Assembly: GCA_035647115.1 (NCBI GenBank)
Contig: DASROA010000051.1
Location: 6,004 to 70,003, forward strand
Source: Thiopseudomonas sp.
Lineage (GTDB): Bacteria > Pseudomonadota > Gammaproteobacteria > Pseudomonadales > Pseudomonadaceae
Length of the DNA stretch: 64,000 bases
Direction: 5' to 3'
Shown: in pieces, positions 53,139 to 61,186 of the stretch
Layout: the number at the start of each line of letters is the position of its first letter
Numbering within the stretch: the stretch's first letter is position 1
The notes under the pieces: generated by a model
Seen by the model: only the letters and a program-made list of their open reading frames with translations
The model's database searches: none
Told to the model about the DNA's origin: nothing
Program-made: the position numbers and the translations under genes

Positions 53139-53445
53139 GAATCGCTTTCTCTTTAATTCGATGAACAGCATAACGGCTGAACATGATGGCATGCATTTAA
53201 GTGCACTGAATAATGCCTGATTTCTACAGCTTTATCTCACAAGGTTAATGAGCCGCACCCTACCCGCTGATTACTTACTAGGGTGCAGATTCAGGTTTAA
53301 GGTGAGCGAGGATGCTTAAACCCATCTGTATGATGGTTTAAATAAACAGGCAATCTTGTGGCGTGCGCCAGCAATGGTTTTATTTTTGTCGTGGTATAAA
53401 TATTTTTTCAGCGACTTAAAGATTAGTTTAGTTAATACTCGCCAG

Positions 53446-53934
53446 TCACTGTTTAATAGCGCTGCGCTCTAAGGGTAAAGTTTGCGCCAGCCCAGCAGAG
53501 AACTGCCGCCAGCCGTCTAGGTACTTTTCACTGACGAGGGTTAACACCGGTATTTCCGCACTAATTAACTGAGCAAACTCTTCATAGAGTCCACGCCCCT
53601 GGGTTTCGCCATAACCAAAACGATTAACAAAAACCAAATCAGGCTGTTCTATCAAAGCTCGACGCAACACTTGCCCTGCTTCGGCTAAACCGCCCATATC
53701 CAAACTGCAGCCTCGTGAGTCTCGGCCTAAGTGTTGCGAAATAATAAAAGTTTCACCGGTGTGTAAATCACGCAACTGCATAGGCAGTATGCCTTGTGGG
53801 TCTTTACCTTGCTGAGTGACCAAGCCGCGTATGCGCCAGCCTTGCTGTTGCTGTTCTGCCAGTATCTGAGAAAGCAACTCATCACCCTCACCGGCACCTG
53901 AATGAATCACTGCTGCGACAGCTAATTGCTGCAT
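53446..53934 (-). CDS. DUF2478 family protein
   Basis: ISQHLG..S.GC.LD..GL, DLVFVNRFG..E..GRG motifs; AAGG RBS. Confidence 0.78.
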   Translation of the reverse strand: MQQLAVAAVIHSGAGEGDELLSQILAEQQQQGWRIRGLVTQQGKDPQGILPMQLRDLHTGETFIISQHLGRDSRGCSLDMGGLAEAGQVLRRALIEQPDLVFVNRFGYGETQGRGLYEEFAQLISAEIPVLTLVSEKYLDGWRQFSAGLAQTLPLERSAIKQ

Positions 53935-54049
53935 ACACCGACCTTTTAATTTTTTAAAAACTTAGCCATAACTTCGATTCAGAGCAGTAAAATTAAACGC
54001 ACCAAGTTACCTCAGGCTTTCATCAAGTCACTGCCCTACAATCGACTAA

Positions 54050-54337
54050 TTGAGCTCATTCTCCACTACCCATACTGCCGCCTCGGTGCGTGAGCGCCTC
54101 CCCCTGGGACTCGCAACTCAACCCATTGAGTCACGCTATGGTTACCATATTGTGGTGGTTGAACAGCGCATTGAAGGCAAGCTAGTTCCTTACCATATGG
54201 TTAAAGAACGTATTGCCGCTCAGTTGAGCCAACGGGTTTGGCAAAAAAGTGTTGCTCAATATCTACAAATGTTAGTTGGAGAGGCTACAATCGAGGGCAT
54301 CACATTGCAGGGCGCGGCCTCGCCGCTCGTGCAGTAA
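54050..54337 (+). pseudogene. C-terminal remnant of a PpiC-type peptidyl-prolyl isomerase (nar-operon-associated type)
   Basis: PIESRYGYHIV parvulin C-terminal motif and [15 protein letters not shown] ending; N-terminal two-thirds absent and only a TTG start. Confidence 0.75.
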
Positions 54338-54357
54338 ATAGCGTTAGGAGTGTCGTC

Positions 54358-55344
54358 ATGTCTGCAGAACTGATTGATGGATTTGGTCGAAAAATAGATT
54401 ACGTGCGTTTATCGGTAACCGATCGCTGTGATTTTCGCTGCATCTATTGCATGGCTGAAGACATGACGTTCCTACCCCGACAACGTATTTTAACCTTAGA
54501 AGAACTTTACCGTAGCGCTGAAATATTTGTTGCCAATGGTGTCCGAAAAATACGCTTAACAGGCGGTGAACCTTTAACTCGCAAAGGCATTATCAGTCTA
54601 TGTGAAAACATTAGCCGCTTACCTGGTCTAAATGAGTTAGTGATGACCACTAATGGATCACAGCTGACTAAGTATGCGCAGCAACTGGCCGATGCTGGGG
54701 TTAAACGCCTTAATATCAGCTTAGACTCACTGTGCCCTGATAAATTTAAAGCCATGACCCGTATTGGTGATTTGCAACAGGTTTTAGAGGGTATTCAAGC
54801 TGCCCGCGAGGCAGGTTTTGAACGTCTTAAAATCAACAGCGTCATCATCCAAGGACAAAACGATGAAGAAGTTCTTCCCTTGACGCACTTTGCTGTTGAA
54901 AATGGTTTAGATATCACTTTCATTGAGGAAATGCCGCTGGGTCATGTGGGCCGAAAACGGGAGCTTTTTACCAGCGACCAAGTACGTGACTGCATAGCTG
55001 AGCGTTATCCTTTACTTGAGAGCACCGAAAGCAGCGGCGGCCCCGCACGCTATATGCGCTTAAAAGACTACGCAAATACCCGTATAGGTTTTATCTCACC
55101 GCACAGCCACAACTTTTGCAGCACCTGTAACCGTGTGCGCATTACCGTTGAGGGTAAGCTTTTATTGTGCTTAGGCAACGAACACTCGCTCGACCTGCTC
55201 GCACTATTACGGCGCTATCCACTTAGCAATGAGCCCGTCTTAGCGCGCATTCGCCAAGCACTTAATAACAAGCCTGAACAGCACCACTTCAGTAGCGATG
55301 GTGATGTGCAAATTGTGCGCTTTATGAACGCCACAGGCGGCTAA
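54358..55344 (+). CDS. moaA: GTP 3',8-cyclase
   Basis: CDFRCIYC radical-SAM motif, TGGEP, FCSTCNR..C, C-terminal GG; AGGAG RBS before ATG 54358. Confidence 0.96.
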   Translation: MSAELIDGFGRKIDYVRLSVTDRCDFRCIYCMAEDMTFLPRQRILTLEELYRSAEIFVANGVRKIRLTGGEPLTRKGIISLCENISRLPGLNELVMTTNGSQLTKYAQQLADAGVKRLNISLDSLCPDKFKAMTRIGDLQQVLEGIQAAREAGFERLKINSVIIQGQNDEEVLPLTHFAVENGLDITFIEEMPLGHVGRKRELFTSDQVRDCIAERYPLLESTESSGGPARYMRLKDYANTRIGFISPHSHNFCSTCNRVRITVEGKLLLCLGNEHSLDLLALLRRYPLSNEPVLARIRQALNNKPEQHHFSSDGDVQIVRFMNATGG

Positions 55345-55384
55345 CTTTTCATTTCGATGATTTAAAAACATTTAGAGAACAGCT

Positions 55385-55789
55385 ATGACGATTTCAAGCT
55401 TTGATGACCTATTACAGGCGGCAGTTTCACAACCAGAGCCGCAACTTTTGCTCTTTGTATTCACTAAAGCAGAACTACCCGAAGATGCTACTCAAGAAGA
55501 AAAGAGCAATTTTGAAAAAGGCATGGGTGGTGCGTTAACCCCCGTAGTCTGTGTTGATAAAAGCCCTACAGAAATCAGTAGTTTTACTGCCCTTGTTGAA
55601 GAATCAAAGAAAACCGGTCAAGACTGGGATGTGGTATTTGTCAGCAGCATGTCCGGACAAGCCGGCATTGCCCCCAACTCTGATCAAGCGGAACAGCCGT
55701 TACAAATGATGGTACAAGCTATTCAAGCGGGTGGTATTAGTCACTTTTTAGCCTTTAGTCAGTCCGGTGAGATTTTACAGATCAGCTAG
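55385..55789 (+). CDS. Conserved hypothetical protein
   Basis: 134-aa ORF with GAGA RBS, co-directional with moaA; FDDLL..A..QPEPQ.LLFVF and PVVCVDK segments. Confidence 0.7.
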   Translation: MTISSFDDLLQAAVSQPEPQLLLFVFTKAELPEDATQEEKSNFEKGMGGALTPVVCVDKSPTEISSFTALVEESKKTGQDWDVVFVSSMSGQAGIAPNSDQAEQPLQMMVQAIQAGGISHFLAFSQSGEILQIS

Positions 55790-55868
55790 CAGCCAATAGT
55801 TACAACTAATGCGAACCATCAGAGCTTATCAAATACTCAGCTGCTGCTGAGAAAATCATCATTCAAAT

Positions 55869-55897
55869 AAAAACGGGGCTATCAAGCCCCGTTTTTT
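55869..55897. terminator. Bidirectional terminator at the end of ttrA
   Basis: AAAAACGGGGCT-atca-AGCCCCGTTTTTT. Confidence 0.85.
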
Positions 55898-55909
55898 GTC
55901 CAGTTTAAG

Positions 55910-58900
55910 CTAGCTATCTAAGCGCCGAATACGTACCGGTAAGCCCTGACGAACACTGGCACCACTAACGCTTTCCAGCCAAGTGGCCATCACATCACGG
56001 GTGGGGTCGGCAAAGCCCAAGTCATTTAAATTAACCCCCGCACCTATCCAAGCTAAGGCCGGTGTGGCTTCACCATCCACCTGATGCTCACTGGCACCCA
56101 GTTCACGGTGTCCATAGCCGTGTTCAATGCCTAAAGCGCCAGGCTTAACCCCGTTACTCACTAAAGCTAAACCAATCACCTTGCCGCCTGGGCTTTCAAT
56201 GCTGATGGTATCACCATGCTGCACCCCAGCCCGTTGTGCATCAAGATGATTAATCAACACCGGGTTATAAGGTTTGATCATCCGTAATCGTTCCAGTCCT
56301 GCTGAATAGGAGTTCATGATGTTGGACTTAAAGGAGAATGCCAGTAATGGCCATTCTTCCTTGGAGTAGATTTCACGCATGGGGGTGCCATCATGGAATT
56401 TAGCCTCTTGGAACTGCGGCGTACCCACTAAGCGTTGGCCCGTGTAACTGTCAATGGCCGTACCCACCTGCTCATTGTAAATGCACAGTGTAGGTGTCCA
56501 AGCATGCCGATGATGCTTGCCCACATAGGCTTGATCATACTCCTCATAACGGCCACCACGGGCATACATATAAGCCACAGGACCTTGCTCTTCTGGCTTT
56601 AGGGTGCTTTGTAGTTTAGGCACTAAACGCTCAACTCCACCATGCTCAATATCGCTTGGCGTAGCTGCTGGCAAAGGCTGCCCTAAGAAAGCAATATTGG
56701 CCGCTGCGCGCAAATAAAAGTCTTCAGCTTTATTCAGTGGATGCAGGTTCCCTTCATGGTCAGGAATGGCCTTGTCACCAAAGCCGGGCAAACCGAGGCG
56801 TTTGGAAACCGCAATTAAGAAGCTGTCCATACTGACGGGTTCACCCTCAGCCGTTTTTTGCTGGCGGGGTTCAACCACCGGCCAACACGCAGTGGTCATT
56901 TTCGTGGTGGTGCCATTCCATGCGCCGGTAAAGCCCCAAACCTCATACATCACTGAATCCGGCACCAGATAGTCCGCATAGCGGCTGGTTTCATTAATAA
57001 AACCATCCACCGCCACATAGAGCCCTAAACGCTTAGGGTCTTTAATGCGCTCGCCAATGATATTGGCCAAGCCTGCCTGCCCATACATGGGGTTGGCCAT
57101 ACAACCAATCACTGCTTTTAACGGGTACGGATAGCCATCTAAACCGGATGCAATATGCTCGGTGAGCACCGGCGGTGCCAACACACGCCAAGGCGCGCGA
57201 GATGGATACGGCGACTCTCCGGCAGCTACTTTACGCTGGTACTCGGATGACTTCTCATAGGGAAAGCGCGAGCGTGATAAAAACACCCCCTTGGGTCCAC
57301 GCTTACCTGGAAAGCCATCTAAATCATAACGTGGACCTTTACCCACGCCATTAAAACGACCCGGTGCTTTAATCACACCGCCTTTTTGGTTAAAGCTGCC
57401 CACAAGAACATTGAGCATGGTGATTCCAAATGCCGCATAGAAACCACTGCCCGACATCATGCCACCATGGCAGGCAGCCGCTGAATGTCGACCATGCTTA
57501 GCAAAGGTACTGGCCAACTTAACCAGCGTGTCCTTGGCGATACCACAGTGCTCGGCGTACTCATCGAGACTGTATTCATTGGCTTTTTCACGCAGTTTGC
57601 TGAGACTGCTTTTAACCTGAATTTTACCCTGTGGCGTTTCAACCTCTTGCTCCACGAAAAGCTGAGCCTGTGTTGTGTCACTTGCTGCGACCAACTCACC
57701 CTGCGGGTTGAGTACCATCACCTGATCAGCATCGCTGTCTGGCTCGGCTAAACCTAAATCAGAGCGACGTAAGAAATAGCCTGCGCGTGGGTGATCATCG
57801 CTTTCAATTACCAAGTGGGTCGCATTGGTATGCCCGGCCTCACCGTTTTGTTCGGCAGCAGTCTGAGTCGGGTATGATAGGAAGTCCGCTGCATAGCCGT
57901 CATTGGCTAATAACCATTGAATTAAAGCCATGGCCAGCGCCGTATCAGTACCAGGCAAAATTGGCACCCAGCGGTTACGCTCGGCACTGGCATGGGATGC
58001 AGCCGCATTCAGTACTGGATCAATCACCACATATTCTAAATCACCGTGAGCCCGTGCTTCTGCCAATAAACGGGCTTGACGTTTAAAAGGGTTACCAGCC
58101 TGACTGGGCGCAGTCCCAATAAACAAAGCAAAACGAGTGTTTTTAAAATCTGGTTTACTGTGTGCGTTGTTCTGTAAGTCATTTAGCACAGCACCTGAAC
58201 CCATACGGAAGGCTACTCCGCAGTAGGAACCGTGGGCACCAAAGTTACGGGTTCCAAAGGCATTAAAGGTAAAACGTCTGAGCAATGCTGAGCGGCCATA
58301 GTCTGTGGCATCCATGACCAACAACTGGTTGGCCACAGGGCCATATTCTGGGTTATCTGGATCAATGAGCGTATCGTGGTCATGCAACTCACGGAGACCT
58401 TGCACATGCCCTTCACCAAACAAATCTCCGCCTTCACAAACCTCTTCAACCAGTTGCTCAAAGGAGATTTTCTGCCACTTGCGCTCACCACGTTTACCCA
58501 CTCGTTTTAAGCAGTGGGTCAGTCGATATGGACTGTTCATTTGCTCAATCATCGCATTACCGCGAGCACAGGCGGTTGAACGGCCAGCCAGCCCTTGCTC
58601 AGCAAAACCACTGACGCTACGCAAAGCATCCACCACTGGCTTTTTCTGTGGCAAATGTGGATCACCGGATAACGGGTGATAGGGATTACCGGACACTCGT
58701 AACACTTGCTCGCTATTATTGTCCACCCGTACCCGTACACCACATAAAGTGGTACAGCCATAGCACACGGTAAAAGCAGTGCGCTGATTAGGGTTTAAAG
58801 TCAGCTGACCGGTTTGACTGTCCACACGGTACTCAGGCTCTAATGAATTACCATGAATACGATCATTAGGTTTTTCGCCAGAGGTGCCTTTGATACCTTT

Positions 58901-59008
58901 CGCCATTTTGAGCAATGGATCAGAGTAGCCCGCAGCAAATGTAGCTGCACCACCGGCTATCGCTGCACCTTTTAATAAACGGCGACGTGATTTATCTGGC
59001 TTATCCAT
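55910..59008 (-). CDS. ttrA: Tetrathionate reductase catalytic subunit A (Mo-bisPGD)
   Basis: Tat signal SRRRLLKG, CYGCTTLC..C Fe-S motif, GNPYHPLS, HGSYCG, FIGTAPSQAGNPFKRQ, C-terminal RQGLP; start ATG 59008. Confidence 0.9.
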   Translation of the reverse strand: MDKPDKSRRRLLKGAAIAGGAATFAAGYSDPLLKMAKGIKGTSGEKPNDRIHGNSLEPEYRVDSQTGQLTLNPNQRTAFTVCYGCTTLCGVRVRVDNNSEQVLRVSGNPYHPLSGDPHLPQKKPVVDALRSVSGFAEQGLAGRSTACARGNAMIEQMNSPYRLTHCLKRVGKRGERKWQKISFEQLVEEVCEGGDLFGEGHVQGLRELHDHDTLIDPDNPEYGPVANQLLVMDATDYGRSALLRRFTFNAFGTRNFGAHGSYCGVAFRMGSGAVLNDLQNNAHSKPDFKNTRFALFIGTAPSQAGNPFKRQARLLAEARAHGDLEYVVIDPVLNAAASHASAERNRWVPILPGTDTALAMALIQWLLANDGYAADFLSYPTQTAAEQNGEAGHTNATHLVIESDDHPRAGYFLRRSDLGLAEPDSDADQVMVLNPQGELVAASDTTQAQLFVEQEVETPQGKIQVKSSLSKLREKANEYSLDEYAEHCGIAKDTLVKLASTFAKHGRHSAAACHGGMMSGSGFYAAFGITMLNVLVGSFNQKGGVIKAPGRFNGVGKGPRYDLDGFPGKRGPKGVFLSRSRFPYEKSSEYQRKVAAGESPYPSRAPWRVLAPPVLTEHIASGLDGYPYPLKAVIGCMANPMYGQAGLANIIGERIKDPKRLGLYVAVDGFINETSRYADYLVPDSVMYEVWGFTGAWNGTTTKMTTACWPVVEPRQQKTAEGEPVSMDSFLIAVSKRLGLPGFGDKAIPDHEGNLHPLNKAEDFYLRAAANIAFLGQPLPAATPSDIEHGGVERLVPKLQSTLKPEEQGPVAYMYARGGRYEEYDQAYVGKHHRHAWTPTLCIYNEQVGTAIDSYTGQRLVGTPQFQEAKFHDGTPMREIYSKEEWPLLAFSFKSNIMNSYSAGLERLRMIKPYNPVLINHLDAQRAGVQHGDTISIESPGGKVIGLALVSNGVKPGALGIEHGYGHRELGASEHQVDGEATPALAWIGAGVNLNDLGFADPTRDVMATWLESVSGASVRQGLPVRIRRLDS

Positions 59009-60158
59009 GATGAACAGCTCCTTTAGCAATAGTTGAAGATGATGCGTCAGTTGTTACAGCATGATGTTGACCCACTCCACGCCAAGGTACGAACAGATCG
59101 ATTAATAAAATTGCCGCCAGCCATAAGCCGAAAATACCTAACACGCCCAGCCAACCTGAAGAACCGAAAGCAATACTGTAATCATTAAAACCTGCGGTAT
59201 TACGGGCCACAGTTTGTACATCCATGAGCACCGTCCAGCGGAACATCCAGGCCACATGCAAAGCAAGTAAGCCAACAATCCAAGCGTGCATTTGCATTCG
59301 ATAATTGCTACGCACCAGCCACGCCAACACCATTAGAGTGATTCCAGCAGTTAATCCCCAAACAGCCATAGTGCGCCAAGTGGCATTATTGCGAATGGAG
59401 TCCAAGGCCGCGGCAACAGAACCTGATATGGCATTAGCACCGTCTAGATACCAAGTCATAGCAATCAAACCACACACTAAGCAGCTCCAAATCATTATTG
59501 ATAAAACTTGCTTATTAGTGGCTGACTTCTGAATTCCCGATATGCGGTTTAACACTAAAAGCAAACCGCAAGCACCGAGCATTCCTGTACTGACAAACAT
59601 CGGAATCAGCCAGTTGGTATTCCACAAAGGCCGCCCTTTGACAACGGCAATTTCAGCACCGGTATAGAGCATAATGCCAGTGGAAAACACTAACGCAGCT
59701 ATTGTTAATAACGGCACAAAAAATGCTGGTAGCTGTCCATTACCGAAACTCAATAAACGCGCATAAGTACCCAGTAGACCCGGCGCAGAGCGCTGTGCTT
59801 GAATCGCTGGACGCCATACCAGATAGGCTAAAATCACCACAGTGCCTAAATACAGCGGCAACAGAAAGCTACCAATACTCATCCATGACCAGGGTGTGGG
59901 ATGGGCATAGAAGTGCCAAAAACGCAGCGGTTGGTGCAAGTCAGCCAATAACGCCACTGGCGCCACCAAAGTGGTGCTCACACAGGCCAGTAAGCCAAGA
60001 CGACTGGTGGTTCGCCAAGTTTTTACACCCAGCAATCCCGGTGCACTGAGCCACAACGTGCAATACGATAAAGCTATTAAGAAGAAATATTGTACAGCCC
60101 ATGGATACCAAGCCAGACCATAACGCGGTACCAGTATCTCAGTTACCAGAGAATTCAT
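59001..60158 (-). CDS. ttrC: Tetrathionate reductase membrane subunit C (NrfD/PsrC family)
   Basis: WYPWAVQYFFLI, ADLHQP.RFWHFY, SWMSIGS, RPLW; AGGAGA RBS before ATG 60158. Confidence 0.9.
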   Translation of the reverse strand: MNSLVTEILVPRYGLAWYPWAVQYFFLIALSYCTLWLSAPGLLGVKTWRTTSRLGLLACVSTTLVAPVALLADLHQPLRFWHFYAHPTPWSWMSIGSFLLPLYLGTVVILAYLVWRPAIQAQRSAPGLLGTYARLLSFGNGQLPAFFVPLLTIAALVFSTGIMLYTGAEIAVVKGRPLWNTNWLIPMFVSTGMLGACGLLLVLNRISGIQKSATNKQVLSIMIWSCLVCGLIAMTWYLDGANAISGSVAAALDSIRNNATWRTMAVWGLTAGITLMVLAWLVRSNYRMQMHAWIVGLLALHVAWMFRWTVLMDVQTVARNTAGFNDYSIAFGSSGWLGVLGIFGLWLAAILLIDLFVPWRGVGQHHAVTTDASSSTIAKGAVHHG

Positions 60159-60918
60159 AACCAATCTCCTTACCTTCGTTATCCAGTACATCCCACAAGC
60201 CAGCAATGGCATGGGGTCGCGAGGTAAACTGCTCATCCATACCTAAGTAATAGACTTGTGGCGCGGTGCCTTTTTCTGGTTGCAACACCATCAGCTCGTT
60301 ATAATGCTTGGCAATTAAACGACTGATTTCACTATTAGGATCACGCATATCACCAATAATGCGTGCGCCTCCCACACAAGACTCCACACAGGCAGGCAAC
60401 AAGTTAGCTTCGAGGCGATGGGCACAGAAGGTGCATTTATCTGCTGTCTGAGTGGTTTCATTAATAAAACGCGCATCGTAAGGACAAGCATTTACACAGT
60501 AGGCGCAGCCCACACAGCGATCACTGTCCACCACGACAATGCCATCTTGACGCTGGAAAGTTGCCTGCACTGGGCAGACGGGCACACAGGGTGGATTTTC
60601 ACAGTGGTTGCATAAGCGCGGCAACATAAAAGTCGCACTGTTACCGGTATCTTCATGCTCCACTTCAAACTGTGAAACGATGGTGCGGAAATTACCTAGG
60701 GGAGCTTGGTTTTCAATATGACAGGACACCGTGCAGGCTTGGCAACCGATGCAGCGGCGCAGGTCAATTAACATCCCATAGCGCTTGCTGGGATCACCCT
60801 CACGCCGCACCGGCTGATCATTAATACCCGCCTGCACGACACTTGATAGCGGTACTAAAGCTGCACCTGCAGTCAGCTTGGCGATCTGCTTTAACAGAGA
60901 CCGTCGCATTAAATCCAT
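60139..60918 (-). CDS. ttrB: Tetrathionate reductase Fe-S subunit B
   Basis: RRSLLK Tat-like motif; CIGCQAC..C, CNHC..PPCVPVCP, CVGCAYC..ACP, KCTFC..PACV..C; GGAGA RBS before ATG 60918. Confidence 0.92.
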   Translation of the reverse strand: MDLMRRSLLKQIAKLTAGAALVPLSSVVQAGINDQPVRREGDPSKRYGMLIDLRRCIGCQACTVSCHIENQAPLGNFRTIVSQFEVEHEDTGNSATFMLPRLCNHCENPPCVPVCPVQATFQRQDGIVVVDSDRCVGCAYCVNACPYDARFINETTQTADKCTFCAHRLEANLLPACVESCVGGARIIGDMRDPNSEISRLIAKHYNELMVLQPEKGTAPQVYYLGMDEQFTSRPHAIAGLWDVLDNEGKEIGYEFSGN

Positions 60919-60977
60919 AGCATTTCTCCAGCTCAAACTAATTATTTAGCAGGCTACAGAATTACCAAAACGCTCGC

Positions 60978-60991
60978 TTGACCTTAGTCAA
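60978..60991 (-). promoter_or_regulatory. ANR/FNR box upstream of ttrB
   Basis: Palindrome TTGAC-CTTA-GTCAA, with a TAGCCT -10-like hexamer at about class II spacing (60956-60951). Confidence 0.8.
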
Positions 60992-61000
60992 CTAACACTT

Positions 61001-61022
61001 ACTATATAGTTACATATATATA
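61001..61022 (-). promoter_or_regulatory. ModE-like box upstream of ttrB
   Basis: TATATA-GTTACA-TATATA (61003-61020) matches the TATATA-N6-TATATA ModE core; flanking CG absent. Confidence 0.6.
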
Positions 61023-61123
61023 TCAAGCCAAGCTCTATGACTATACTTTTGGCTGATCACCAGCTCCGTTTAGCAGCGGTGCATACAGGCCTTATACGAT
61101 TAGCGCAGGGATAATCTGGATAT

Positions 61124-61159
61124 AAAAACCCCGAAAAGTCATTGCAACTTTTCGGGGTT
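61124..61159 (-). terminator. Intrinsic terminator after the RND gene, insulating the ttr promoter
   Basis: AACCCCGAAAAGT...ACTTTTCGGGGTT with a T5 run on the minus strand. Confidence 0.8.
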
Positions 61160-61186
61160 ATTTTGCAAGGCCAGCTTTGAACTGAG

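Noticed and set aside
53446-53448. Selenocysteine readthrough of the DUF2478 TGA
   Set aside because: No SECIS-like hairpin directly downstream and the position is not a Cys-type catalytic site.
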